A stretch of DNA of 64,000 nt from Batkoa obscura (GCA_030770535.1 JASVEC010000017.1:434001-498000), one strand, 5' to 3'; positions 26,081 to 39,878 are shown, counted from the stretch's first letter. The notes: a model not told the origin generated them from the sequence alone. Program-made: numbers and translations.

Positions 26081-27275
26081 ATGCGAAATCAAATAAAGAA
26101 TAAATTAAGCCATCAACTTAAAACCTTGGTCAATTTTTATCAAAGAGATCGATGGCTTATAGCACAGCAAACAGAACTTAAAATACTAAATACGGTTTAC
26201 GAATTACAAAAAATAAACAACAGTCAAGCCATTACTTTAAACAATGACCAACCCGTACAACTGTATAATCAAAATGTAGACGATGGTGAGTTTATACACA
26301 CATTGAGTATCAAGACCAACAACCCAAAAGACATTGTAATGTTACACGGGTTTGGAGTGGGTTTAGGTATTTATATGAAAAACATGGGAGCATTGTGTCA
26401 ATTGAGTTCCAACTATAACTTACATTATTTAGACTGGTTAGGGATGGGTTTATCTTCAAGACCAGACTTATTAAACTCATTTAAAGATGGCGTGGATATC
26501 ACTTATAAAGCTGAAGACTTTTTTATTAACGGTTTAGAGGCTTGGCGAAAAAATAAAAATATCGATAAACTTCAATTAGTAGGCCATTCGCTTGGTGGTT
26601 ATTTAGCTTCTTTATATAGTATGAGATATCCTGAAAGAGTAGACAAATTAATTTTATTATCACCAGGTAAGATCTCTATATTTATGATATCTAGTTTAAC
26701 TTATCCATTTGTAACGTTAGTTGGCATCCCTGAAAAACTAACTGTTAAGCCAGATACCAGACATCGAGCAACAGCTCCTAAGTGGATCAATTGGTTATGG
26801 GACCGTCATATGACCCCACAAAAGATTGTGCGTAGCTTAGGACCTTATGGGGAAAGTTTAGTATTAAGGTACATTATGGGAAGGTTCCCAAACTTACCAG
26901 AAAATGAACAAGCTTTACTTAAAGAGTATCTATTTGACATAGCCGCTTTACCAGGCTCTGGGGAATACGCTTTAGGCTCTATTTTACAAGCTGGAGCTTA
27001 TGCAAGATATCCTTTAAAGTATAGGTTAACTAATATTCATATACCTGTTACATTTGTTTGTAAGTGTTTTTAACATACAATATTGATAGTCTATAATAAA
27101 TACTTTTATTTTTATAAATGGGGATAGAGATTGGATGAACCCTAATCACGCATATAAACTTATACCAAGTTTACCGGATGGATCTAATTTGAAAATAGTA
27201 CCAAACGCAGGGCATCAATTGTTTTTAGATAACCCAACTTACTTTAATTCGCTATTGATTAATGAGTTTAACTAA
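26081..27275 (+). CDS. Alpha/beta hydrolase, CLD1/ABHD4-5-like
   Basis: MLHGFG, DWLGMGLSSRP, GHSLGGY, SGEYAL, YGDRDWM, AGHQLFLDNP. The second intron has a non-canonical acceptor (see findings). Confidence 0.85.
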
Positions 27276-27376
27276 AAAAGTAATTGTAATAAAATAAGAT
27301 ATAAAATGAGAACATAATAAAGCAATATATGTAATAACATAATAATATATATAGTTTAATTAATTTATAACGTAAT

Positions 27377-28570
27377 TTAAAATCCTTTGCAATGTAAAAA
27401 GGTAGATAATCTCAGATAAAATTCAATATTGTCGAATTCCGTTTCTGGGCTCAATAATAATGTTTTAGGTAAGGACAAAGAGGGATTTATATTGTATCTG
27501 GCATCTTCATACCCGATCACTCGCCCAATAGCAGTTAACCAACGGAAGCGTACCACTAAATCAAAATGATTGGCTTGTACTGTTTCAACTAATTGACCCC
27601 ACTCTCCACTTTTTAATGAAACTAAGCCATCATTCTTACCTTCCGCTTGATTGATGATTTGCCATGGGAAATTCAAAAAGGAAAGGTAATGCATTTTATC
27701 TAAATAAGCATTATAACTATAATAAGCTACGTTAGGGTCATCTGGCGTACTTGGATTAAATTTATCTCTACAGTAATCTGTCGTCAAGTGAGAATAAGCT
27801 GGGGCATCCAAATAACTCATCATTCTTTCAAACCACTGTTGTCGTTCATGTTTATCTTTTATTTTTTCTTCACTTGAAATTTTACCTACTTTTAAATGAT
27901 CCCTACACCAATCCATAAAACTACTACCTCTATGTGGAGTCGATACTGTTGTTAAACTCTTTACTTTATATTTTTTATCTTCATTTGGTATTCTACTAAT
28001 AAGGTATCTACCATCTAATCCTCCCATTGAATGCCCTAACAAGTTTAACTCTTGACCAGGTAATGTTTTATTTAATAGCTCGTGAAGTTGTTGTGCTCTT
28101 TCTGCTATTGAGCCTGTACTTGACACTTTTACTACAATTACTTTTGATCCCATCTTTTCTAATGCTTCAGCTACGCCCTGCCAATAATGCACTTGTAACG
28201 TTGGTAAATTATCAAAACCTAATTTAAATGAGCTTAGCTTTAGTTGAATGTAAATTAAACGATTCTATTACCTATTTTATCAAAACCGTATAGGCCTAAA
28301 GTGAGTAAAATATTAGCTTAATAGAAAAATAGATGCTGATAGCTTACCGTGACATAACACTACCGGATTACGAGTAGGTTTATAATCTGGTCTTAACACA
28401 TAGATACTTTGACTAGTTTTAATCTTCTCTTTTTTCTTTTCTTGTGTATTCGTTTTTTGTTGAGTTACTGTGGCTTTAAGTAAGCTTTTGATAGTTGATT
28501 TAAACGGCGCGATATTTAAAGCCTGTTTTACAGCATCAAAGTTAAAGTTAATGGCCAATTTACGATTCAT
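27377..28570 (-). CDS. Triacylglycerol lipase, TGL2-like
   Basis: PVVLCHG-LYGFD (24-bp micro-exon), HYWQGV, GHSMGGLD, STPHRGS, NDGLVS, ANHFDL. Confidence 0.9.
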
Positions 28571-29834
28571 TATTTTTTTATAAACTAATTATACATTCTT
28601 TTATACTATCAAAAAATGAATTTACTATTCCCCTTCAACTTGACTATGTTGGATTCACATGCCAATTTATCATTTTACCTCATAATTCGTTAACTTCTTA
28701 TTAAATTTGGGAATTACTTGTGCTCTTAAGCCAATCAATGTGTTCAGTCTTACAATATGCTGGTTTGGATAAGCCACAATTGAAGTTGAACTATTTTGTT
28801 TGGGCTCTTTAATTGATTTGCTGATTAAATTTATTTTAAATTGAATGTAATCTAAGTTTGACGTTATCTAGGTCATTTAATCATTACTTAATTGACTTGA
28901 GTGCATATTTGCAAACTTAAACTATATAATATTGAGATTAAATATAATAACTTGTTATCATTACTTGTATTTTAATAGCATTTATCAAATTAAGACAAGA
29001 AATTAAACACCTTTAAGACTTTTTAAACATAAATACAGTTAATAAAATAAAGTGGTATTATCGATTTACTTTAATAATAAATAAGAGCATAATAATTCAT
29101 ACTAAATAAATTAATTTGAAATAGTTCAAAACAATTATTTAAGTCAAAGAATATAAGTTTTTAAAAAAAGGCGAAATATAAATAATGCCATACCTAATAT
29201 TAATTTCTAACAAGTGTTATTCAAACATTTTAGGCCAAACGGGCTGATTTGTTTATAATTACCATTAAAAATTTTACTAAGTAGAAAAATTTAAAAACAA
29301 AAATAAATATTACTTATAACATCTATTAAAATTATAGTAAATCGTTTCAGTATATTAAATACTGTAGTAGATATTGCAACTTGAAAACAGAGGAGTTTGT
29401 TTTTGAAAACCAACCCATTTGGGACAGTTTTTGAGGACGTTATATTATTTAGGCTTATATAATGTAAATGTGTTACTTTGATGACATATACATAAATTAT
29501 TACATAAAAATTAATCTGGTGTTGTTTTTTATAACGTTTGTCATTAGAATAATTAATGCCATACTAAATAATATAGCTTGTCTTTTTAATTTTTTTCAAA
29601 ATTTTAAATAAGTAGGTAATTCACTATAACTCAAAAAACAACTCGAAAAATAGTACGTATAGACTCATTTTAAAAGCAACCAGGTTTTCAACATACTTTA
29701 AAATTACAATAATAAATTCAGTGTAAAGTTTAGTCTCTTTAATAAGCTTTGTTTTATATTGCTTAATATATTATACATTGAGTAAGAATAAAGTTAATTA
29801 CTTTTTTTAAATATTGAAAGCAAAAAATAAATAT

Positions 29835-29933
29835 GGGGATGTATTTTTGTATTTAAGAATTTTACTAACAAATTCTCCGCTCAAATAGCGCTTAAAAGAT
29901 AGAAAAAGTGATGAAGCCAAAAAAAACATCCCT
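29835..29933. mobile_element. MITE-A
   Basis: GGGGATG..CATCCCT, TSD ATAT. Confidence 0.85.
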
Positions 29934-30496
29934 ATATATTTTCGATACATTATAATTCATTTCTAATAAATAACCTTAGTTTTTTAGCTTTAAAAAAAGT
30001 GAAAGTCGTAAAAATATAATTAAACACATTATAACTCAATGAATAATTTGTCAAATAACATAGCATAAAGCTTATTAGGGATTCCAAACTCTATACTACA
30101 CTTGATATTATGATGTTGGAGATGCAAGCAGTCTAATAACTTCAGTAAAATTTGTAAGTTTTTACAGAAAAATGTATAATGCTTTTATAAAAGCAACTAA
30201 GTTTAACTATCATAACATATTAATAAAAAATGTAAAATAAAGTTTGGAGTTTTTAATAGCTCTTTTTAACATTACCTACTGCACTATTTATTGAGCTATA
30301 GCAAATTTAGCTACTTTTTAAAGTGTTAAAAAGGATTTAGTTTTGGTATAGTATAAAGCATTTTAATAAAAAAAGTTGCTAAAAAACATTACCAGAGTAG
30401 TTTGTATACATTAATATATATGCTTGTTATTAAAAAATCATATCCACATTATATAATCTTAGATATTATAATGATTTTTCATACCAGCCTTTTTAG

Positions 30497-31803
30497 CCAA
30501 ATCGGACCGGATGAGCTGAGTTCAAATAGTACTTGCTAATAATTAATTTCAGATAATCAATTCAAATAATAGGAAATTTATTTAGATTAAGTATAATTAC
30601 ATTCAAAATCTCCATTAATTCTGTCTTTCGATCTCCTTTGAATTTTCCCTTTATCCTTGCACTATCTACTTTATTAAATTTTATTAAGATGAATCGCCAC
30701 TAACTCAATGAGTAATAAACATACTACAAATTCTAAAAAAAATTATCTTTTAAGCGTTTATAGATATACTTAGAACAACTTATCCCTCACCATGGATCTC
30801 TAACCTTTCTTTTCTTATTCTCTTCACTTTTGGTTGCAACACATTTTGTTACATTCTTTTTTCAAATATTTTATTCTATTAATTAGACTTTTTTTGCTTA
30901 TAGATGGTCATATACTTAATATAATATTTTATAACAAGATCATATCTTTTAATTTTAGACAAGTGATCTGCTTTAACTTTAATCCACTCTAAAACAAGCG
31001 AGCCTGTTTTAAGTAAATAAGACTGTTCTAAATGTTTTTCCAGCCCCTTCCTCATCTCCTTTAGTAAGAAGTATTTTAACTAATAGAGTAAGCCCTGATT
31101 ATGTTTATTTCATATCATTTGCTATCCTAAAATATATTTTTGCTGGTAGTTATCCTTCTTGGTTAAATAACAGTTGTTATATAAGATATAAAATTCGATA
31201 TCTTTATGTGTGTTTATAACCTTATTTAAAGTTTTTTGAGCAAGACTTAAACCTAAGTTGGCTATTTATCAAATCACGTTGAATTGAACTAGTTAAAAAT
31301 TTATGTGATCCTTTTCTAAATACAACTGGTTCACCTCAAATTGAAAATAAATAGTGGTATTTTCTACAATCAGCCACTTGTTTGTTTGGTTTTTTTGAAG
31401 TTTGCTGCTTAAAAAATCAGTACTTTGCATTGAAATTTATAATGCTAAGCTAGAAAATTATTTATAAATGTAATCTGACATACTACAATTTTGATTATTA
31501 TTATTATTGCTAGTATCTTTTTCTTATATGATAATATTAAATTGTAGTTAATTAAAGATATTTTAAAATAAAAAATACAAATTACATAATTTTAAAATAA
31601 AGAAAGCTAAAATGTTTGAGAATTTTTGATTTTTACATTTTAAATTTAATAGTATAAAAGTAATTTATCAGTGAAATTATGATAAGTTAATAAAAGCTAG
31701 TTTAAGTCAATTTATAAACTACGTTTTATTAAAGTGTGGGAAGAATTATTAGTTAAAATTTTAGCTTAATTGAGATGAACCAGTTGTATCCGATCAAATT
31801 CCG
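30497..31803. mobile_element. Possible decayed TIR element
   Basis: Left end CCAAATCGGACCGGATGAGCTGAGTTCA resembles right-end reverse complement CGGAATTTGATCGGATACAACTGGTTCA; the interior looks like decayed minus-strand coding sequence. Confidence 0.3.
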
Positions 31804-32549
31804 TAACCCTTCTTTTGTTTACCCCAAGGCAAATCATTAGTAAAAGGAGTATTTGATAGTTTCTAAATTGGCTGGGTTTTTTAAAGATAATACCTTGTAT
31901 AGCTCATAGCTTTTCGTATACTGATTATTATAGTAAGCTGATTACATATCAGGAAATTTTATAATAAAAGTGTGCCCATTGTTATCATCCAAATGATATT
32001 TAAATCTATTTGAATACTTTACTTCTAAATTATCCAAAACAGTTTTACCAATATTCATTTTTATTAAACTAATGTATTGCTACTTCCTTTTTATCTAATA
32101 AATTAAACAAGTTTATCAAATTTTTAATGTTATTGGGGCCATGTTGAATAGATTGCTCAAACTCCCTCTTTGTTTTATTATAATTTCTTATTTTTGAACA
32201 AGCTGTTCCTAATACACTTTTAATACTTAAACATAATACTTTAATAGCTTCTCTTATTGAAGATTCCTTTGATTTTATATTTGCCAAAGTTTCAATAGCC
32301 ACTTTGTATTTCTCGATTCAAAGATAGCATCTAGCTTTAGGGTGCTCTGATTTCAAAATACCATGGTCAATTTTGTCTAATAATTTAAGACCCTTATTAT
32401 ACTCTTTAAATGAAAAGTAAGTCATTACTGCTGAATAGAATTCTGCAGGGTTATTAGCTTCTCAATCCTTTTTCATCTAAAAACATACTACTAATCTTAT
32501 AAATGTTACTACCCCTTTTTTCTTTGGTATCCTGTATTATTAAACATAT

Positions 32550-32646
32550 GAGGATGTTTTTTTTGGTTTCATTACTTTTTCCATTTTTTAAGCGCTATTT
32601 GAGTGGAAAAATTGTTAGTAAAATTCTTACACAAAAATACATTCCC
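32550..32646. mobile_element. MITE-A
   Basis: GAGGATG..CATTCCC, TSD ATAT. Confidence 0.85.
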
Positions 32647-32687
32647 ATATATTAAATTTAATAAAAAAAATAGTTTTTGTTAGCTTT

Positions 32688-33154
32688 TGTGAAATATTGC
32701 TTTATTTAGCTCTCAGATTGATTATAACATAATCGATCACTTAAGTTGTTGTGCTCTCAAGTTCAAATACAATCAATTCAGAGTCCCTTATTTTGATTTA
32801 CTGCGAGAATTTATAACTTTATATTGCAAAGAATGATATCTTCTCGTTTTGATATCCATACTTGTTGGAGTATAAAAGAGATTCTTTAACATGATAACTC
32901 GAGACTTTTTTAATTGAGTTACTCCCTGATATCGTATCATCAATAAAGCCACTAAGTCTTTCTGACAACTTCTTACGTAGATTTTACAGTAGTATTGTCT
33001 ATTCTATTTATTTTACATAGTTTGTAACTTACTACGTATTATTCTTATTGATTTAAGTCTATCTTAGTTATATAAACTAAGGTCGTTCGACTCAAGGCAA
33101 GTTAATTAAGCAAGAATAGCTTTTAACTCCAACCACTGAGTACCAACTTTCACA
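32688..33154 (+). mobile_element. Solo-LTR-like family B, full 467-bp copy
   Basis: TGTGAAA..TTTCACA, TSD CTTT/CTTT, TATAAAAG at 32871 followed by AATAAA at 32942 (U3-R-U5-like order). Confidence 0.8.
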
Positions 33155-33297
33155 CTTTTTTGTTTGTTTTAATATATTTTTCAACTATTTATTACTTTAA
33201 TAAATATTATTATTATTATTATTTATTAATTTACAAAAAAACATTTAAATAATAAAAATAAAAACTATTGAATTATAATATGAAATTTAGTGCTTAA

Positions 33298-33515
33298 TAT
33301 GCAAGTTAATATTTGATAAATAAAATTAAAAGCAGTTTTTATTTAGTTAACTGGCTATAAGTCAAAAAAGCTTAGTTTATATGACTATAATAAACTTAAA
33401 TTAACAAAAATAGCATATAATAAGCTATAAACTATACAAAATAAACAAAATAAAAAATATTGTTATAAAATTTACATAAAATACTATAAAACTTAATAAT
33501 TTTATTAAAAAGTTT
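33298..33515 (-). mobile_element. AT-shifted partial family B copy
   Basis: Near reverse complement of ~35600-35863; contains the empty site (TAGCATATAATAAGC) of the MITE at 35644. Confidence 0.65.
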
Positions 33516-33542
33516 TTTTATACTTTAATTAAGTAACTATAT

Positions 33543-33640
33543 GGGGGTGTCTTTTTGGTTTCATTACTTTTTCCATTTTTTAAGCGCTATTTGAGTGGAA
33601 AATTTGTTAGTAAAATTCTTAAATACAAAAATACATCCCC
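33543..33640. mobile_element. MITE-A
   Basis: GGGGGTG..CATCCCC, TSD ATAT. Confidence 0.85.
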
Positions 33641-33827
33641 ATATATAAAAAACATAATAATAGTTATTTTTTATTATATTCTCTAAATATAAATATTAAA
33701 ATATCAAAATAATATTTTTTGCAATTAAATAATAAAATTTTTTACAGAAAATTTAAATAAAAGGCTTTGAATTAATTATATCTGAATTCAAAAATATAAT
33801 AGCTTTTAGTAGCAAAATTATTTAAAG

Positions 33828-34294
33828 TGTGAAAGTTGATACTCAGTGGTCGGAGTTAAAAGCTATTCTTGCTTAATTAACTTGCCTTGAGTCGAACGAC
33901 CTTAGTTTATATAACTAAGATAGACTTAAATCAATAAGAATAGTATGCAATAGGCTACGAATTATGTAAAATAAATAGAATAGACAATACTACTGTAAAA
34001 TCTACGTAAGAAGTTGTCAGAAAGACTTAGTGGCTTTATTGATGATACGATATCAGGGAGTAACTCAATTAAAAAAGTCTCGAGTTATCATGTTAAAGAA
34101 TCTCTTTTATACTCCAACAAGTATGGATATCAAAACGAGAAGATATCATTCTTTGCAATATAAAGTTATAAATTCTCGCAGTAAATCAAAATAAGGGACT
34201 CTGAATTGATTGTATTTGAACTTGAGAGCACAACAACTTAAGTGATCGATTATGTTATAATCAATCTGAGAGCTAAATAAAGCAATATTTCACA
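33828..34294 (-). mobile_element. Solo-LTR-like family B, full 467-bp copy
   Basis: Inverted near-identical partner of 32688-33154; TSD AAAG/AAAG. Confidence 0.8.
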
Positions 34295-34934
34295 AAAGCT
34301 AATTAAATTTATTATATGAATTGTAGTTAAACTAATTACAGTTTGTAATTAGTTTTATAAACAATTTAAGTAATTATTATGTTTTAATCAATTATAAAGC
34401 TAATAATATAAAAATTTTCCCAACTGAATATAAATTTAAAAATATAATTATATTTAAATAAATTGAAATTTAATACTGGTAAAAGCATGAATTTTAAATT
34501 TATTAATATAATACATAAGTTATATTTGATATTTTTTATAATTCCAGAAACTGGTTTCTATATAAAAACAAAAAAGCATACTTATTTATAACTAAACTTA
34601 TAAGTAATGGGTTTCAATTTAGTAATATAACCTTGTTTTGAAGGTGAAACTTGTAATAAAATTTAAATTAATTTAAAAATAACTATAAAAAAATGATAGT
34701 TAATTTATCAGTTTTTATTTTCTTTTAAAACATAAGCAAATTTATTGTTGCAAAAGTATCCAAACCAGAACTTGATTTTAATGTGTGTTTGTTAAAAAGT
34801 ATAAAAGTAAACTATTACCTTTTTTTTAAACTTTAATATAAAGAATTAATTTAAGCTCAAATGTTAAATATTAAAAAAATAAGTATTAGTTTTATACTAT
34901 TACTTTAAAACTTAATTTTTCTTTTTTTAAATAT

Positions 34935-35033
34935 GAGGATGTATTTTTATGTTTAGGAATTTTGATAACAATTTTTCGGCTCAAATAGTGCTTAAAAGAT
35001 GGAAAAAGTGATGAAGTCAAAAAAAACACCTCC
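34935..35033. mobile_element. MITE-A
   Basis: GAGGATG..CACCTCC, TSD ATAT. Confidence 0.85.
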
Positions 35034-35301
35034 ATATTAATACCTTTAGCTATAAACATTTTTACTATTACTTGACTTTGTTTTGGTTTGGCTTTATATA
35101 GAATTAAACTCCAGTTATTAATAAACTATTATTAGGTAATTGTTTTATATTCAGTTAATATTAAACTTCAATCAGTTTGCTTTTTATTATTTATTTGAAT
35201 AAATTGCTGATATATTTTGCTTTATTTTATAATTTTTCTATTTATTTTAACTATATTAATAATAAATAAAATCCATTTTTCCATTTGTTTTTAATAATAA
35301 T

Positions 35302-35863
35302 TGTGAAACATTGTTTTATCAGCTTTATGATTAATTACAATATAATAATCATCTAATTTGTTTATAAAACTAGTTGCAGCCTTATAACCAATTTAGCTAT
35401 AATTTATATAATATAATCGATTCAAAGTTTTTCAATTTGCTATGAAAATTTCTACCACCTAATTACAAAAGACATTATCTTTTTATTTTGAGATCCATAC
35501 TTGGCAATTATAATAAAAAATTATAATTATAATTGTATTTTTTATATATAACTACCTAGTTAGAGTATAAAAGTGATTTTTTAATATAATAACTTAAAGT
35601 TCTTTTATTTTATTTATTTTGTATAGTTTATAGCTTATTATATGGGGGTGTTTTTTTTGGTTTCATTACTTTTTCCATTTTTTAAGCGCTATTTGAGTGG
35701 AAAGATTGTTAGTAAAACTTTTAAACAAAAAAATACATCCCCATATGCTATTTTTATTAATTTAAGTTTATTATAGTTATATAAACTAAGCTTTTTTGAC
35801 TTATAGCCAGTTAACTAAATAAAAACTGCTTTTAATTCTAACTACTGAATATTAACTTTCGCA
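35302..35863 (+). mobile_element. Degenerate family B copy with nested MITE-A (35644-35742)
   Basis: TGTGAAA..TTTCGCA, flanks TAAT/TAAC; MITE TSD ATAT. Confidence 0.7.
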
Positions 35864-35893
35864 TAACGCATCAATTTATTTTTAACTTTTTAA

Positions 35894-37164
35894 CTTTATA
35901 ATATATATAAATCTTTTTTAAAATCTATTTTCATATATAATTATTATACTTGACTGACTTAAAATTGATATTTGATAATAAACTTATTATTGCTATTTAA
36001 AATATCATTATAGCTTATTAGTTTTAAAATAATTAATAACTTTTATTTTATATTAATTTTAACTAATTATTTTAATTATTGCTTTAACTATTTACACAAA
36101 ATACAGCAGTCAATTGTTTAAATAAAAAATAAATTATCTGAATTTTTGCAACTATATTATATCATCTTACAATTTACTCTTCAGCAGAATAGCTGCCTTT
36201 CATCAATAACCAAAATAGGCAAATTAGTCAAAAATAGAAGCCTTAAAACCCAATCATTTCAGTTCCTCAACTAAGACTAGAAATCGAATCAAAAGAATAA
36301 GTGACATTAATTTTCCCAGAAATAAAAATCAAATAATCTCTAATACATCATTTTCTTTTGCTGTTTAATTACAATCAATACTAAGAGTTATCATTAGAAG
36401 AATGGTGATAGAAACTATTTGATACTCACAAACTTAAATATCTCTGAGTTTGCTTATACTTTCGTCTAAGGCCTTAGAATCAATATCAATCAAACTTGAG
36501 CTTTAAGCTAATTTGAACATTATTATCAATAAGTTTTAACTTATTACTACCAATTTTCTTATTATTGAGTAGTTTTAGTTAGTTCTTATTGTGTGGGCAG
36601 TTGGCATAGGTAAGTAAATAAGTAGGTAAGTAAATAAGTAGGTAAGTTAGTGGTTAGGAGGTTTATTTATCACTGCTTCAGAATATTACCAATTGACTGT
36701 TATTTAGTTATCAGAATCTAATCCATGGTAGGGGTGGGTAGCAGGCATCTAATGATATTTAAGGAAAGGTAAGGTGATTGAGGTAAGATGGTGAAGTTAA
36801 GCGACTGATGGAAGGGATTCATCAACTGTTGTTTTATGATATTATTAATAAATTTTATTATAGTTTCCAGCATTCAAGCGATAGTAAAGTGGTGTTGCTA
36901 AAGCATTCTACTGGATGGTTTTTACTTAAATAAACTAGATAATACTTTTAATTCTATTATTCACTTACTAACTATTTATACTTTCCTTTTCTTTTCTTTT
37001 CTTTTCTTTTCTTTTCTTTTCTTTTCTTTTCTTTTCTTTTCTTTTCTTTTCTTTTCTTTTCTTTTCTTTTCTTTTCTTTTGTTTTGAATAAAAAACATTA
37101 ACCTTTTTTAATTTTTTGTTTTAATTTTTTCTATTTTTATTTTCATTGTTTTAATTTTTTTAAA
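35894..37164 (-). repeat. Repeat family C, copy 1 (~1.2 kb) with (CTTTT)19
   Basis: Reverse complement of 45821-47034; microsatellite at 36986-37080; internal tandem AGGTAAGTAAATAAGT repeats. Confidence 0.9.
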
Positions 37165-38583
37165 TATTCCTATAATTTAAAGAACTTTTTAAATGTAATC
37201 CTCTGCTTATATTAATTTCATATACAATATATTACTACATTGTACATGGTTAAAATTTGATGTTTAAGTTGATCTTCATTTAATTTAATAATGAATAGAG
37301 CTAATTCCTTAATACTGTTAGAATCTGAAATATAATACAGACATTCATTAAGATAGTAACTAACATATATTGTGATAAGATCGATAGTAATAAGCTTTGA
37401 CATTATATTAATACTATTAACTTATAAATACTTATCTCTTTAACTTATCAAATAAAATCTAAGAAAGTAAATCCAACACATTAATAACGAAAACAGGCTT
37501 CTATCAAACAATATGCATCTAAATGGGAGTTGACTTTGTTGTAGTTTATTGTTATCTTTAGGAAATCGAATTGTAATTTTTCTTATAGGCTCATACGTTA
37601 AACAGTAATAAAAGGTAAGATTGTTTAGCTTTTGCATCCCAAGAAAGTATACACATTGACCTCTTTGCTTACCTTTATAGCCTTTTTGTTTTTTATATCC
37701 ATTTACTATAAGTGAGTTCAAGTAGGATCCTTTTTCATTGATAATATTTGGTAAAAATAAATAAAATAGCTTTTTATACACTCTCTAACAAAATTGACCA
37801 AATATTTTTTTAGGAAATAAATCCTAGATAATTACTAGTTACATATGTCGATAAATAAAGTTATCAGGTATTATAGGCATTAACATTGTTAAAAGCTTAT
37901 AAATAATATTTATAAGCTCCTACGCTACAATTTGCTTGTATTTTTATAATATTAGTTCAAATCGAAAAGACTGAAATTAAAAGTAGGATATATCAAAAGT
38001 TTATGTGAGTAGTAATACACCATTTTATCTTAGTTTAAGTTATTTTACTATGTAATTATCGTAAAATTTAATCTTAAAAGTTAAATTAAAACTTCAATTT
38101 GAAAAGTTTATTTAATTAAAGTTTCTAAATTGAAAAATAAAAGTAAAGATAAAAGTCAGAAAATTTCAATTCACAAGTTGAACTTTCTAAAAACTCTATT
38201 CATTAAAAATAAGTTTTAATCAAAAAGTATATTTTTTCAAAAGGTTTAAAGTTCCAACAAACCTTACCAGAGCGTGCGTTAATTGGCTTAAAAACCTAAC
38301 GGTCAAATTTTCAGTTTTAGCTAGAATAAAAGTCAACTAAAGGATTAGCATTAGCTACTAAGTTCCATGTGATTTGCTGGTTCAAACGGTGGGTAATTCC
38401 ACCATCATGCTTTTTATATAGTAACACGAAAGACCAATAAACGAAGGAGTAGAGTAAGATGCATTTACTTTGATTTGATAAATAGGAATAGTAAAGATTA
38501 GGAAATGAAGTAATTAACTTTTTTATAAATTAAAATAGTTATCCACTTTTTTTAATAGTTTTAAACTTTAAAATTTTTATAAA

Positions 38584-39878
38584 ATGAAAAAAAAAGTTGC
38601 TAATGCTCAAAAATTACAGCCCATCCCACTACCATCAACTCAAACTCGCTTTGAATTTTTTGTAGCTCATCAATTAGGTAACAACTTTACAATATAGCCA
38701 TAATCATAATCACAACTAATCTTACCTTAGAATTTTCACTCACTCTAATAACTTTAATATTATTTGGCTATGGTTTAGAGTTACCTTATTTTAATTATTT
38801 TGTGAAAATCCAAGGCAAAAAGATAAATGGATTATATGAAAAGACATGGATGGATTTAGCTTTTATCTTTTTTTATTTTTTAGCATTTACTTTTTTACGT
38901 ACATTTTTATTGGATTATGTATTCGTTCCTTTTATTCGCTGGTATGGTGTCAAAAATAAAGGAAAACAAGAGAAGTTTAAAGAGCAAGCATTTTTAAGCT
39001 TGTTTTATACAATTTCTTGGTTATCTGGGATGGTAAATTTTTATTATTATTAAGTTATAGTTTATTTTATATTGATATTAAAATTTATAATTTTTTTAGC
39101 ATTTGTTAGTCAACAGTGATTATTATATGAATTTTGAAAATTTATGGAGAGGCTATCCACATTTGGAACTGGATTTTTATTTTAAAACGTATTATTTAGT
39201 TCAAATGAGTTATTGGCTTCAACAAATGTACTTTGTACAAATCGAAGTTAGGAGAAAAGATTATTTAAATATGATTACTCATCATGTTATTACTAACTCT
39301 TTAGTCGTATTTTCATATATTACAAATTACACTAGAGTTGGCCATGTTATGCTTGTACTAATGGATTTTGCGGATATTTTCCTTTCGGTAAGTTCTATAG
39401 TTTAGTTTGGAATGTGGTTATTAATCAATTATAAAACTTAAAAGACAGCTAAAGTGTTGAATTATCTACGATTGAAGCTTATTTGTGATATTACTTTTAC
39501 AGTCTTTTTTATTTCTTGGATAGCTTCAAGGCATATTGGGTTCGGTGTGGTTATGTGGAGTATTATGTTTGATCCAGAAAAAGTAAATCCAAATGAGATA
39601 TGGAACCCTAAAGAAGGTGTCTTTTACACTTTTAATGTAAGACGTTTCTTTTTGGTTTTGTTAACGGGACTACAAGCATTGATGTTTGTTTGGCTTTGGA
39701 TGATCTTACGTGTATTTATTAAAGTAATTGTTGGTACTGGTGCAGAAGATGTCAGAAGTTCAGATGAAGAGTAAATTTTATACTGATTTGTTTAAATGAA
39801 TATTTGTTTACTAATTTATTTATTAGTGATGATGTTGAACATGAGACAAAGGCTTTAAATGAGAAGAAGAAAGCTTAA
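38584..39878 (+). CDS. Ceramide synthase (TLC domain, LAG1/LAC1 family)
   Basis: KFKEQ, LWRGYPH, YYLVQMSYWLQQ, Lag1 motif RRKDYLNMITHHVIT...MDFADIFL, EDVRSSDE; four introns. Confidence 0.93.

Noticed and set aside
31850..32500. Minus-strand 77-aa ORF region as a gene
   Set aside because: Flanked by stops in the same frame with no recognisable motif; at most a relic
37218..37781. Possible Helitron helicase remnant
   Set aside because: Only a vague QLPF resemblance; no TINKSQG motif or Helitron ends
26081..39878. Lipid-metabolism gene cluster (CLD1-like, lipase, ceramide synthase)
   Set aside because: Different pathways, separated by a TE island; no evidence beyond proximity
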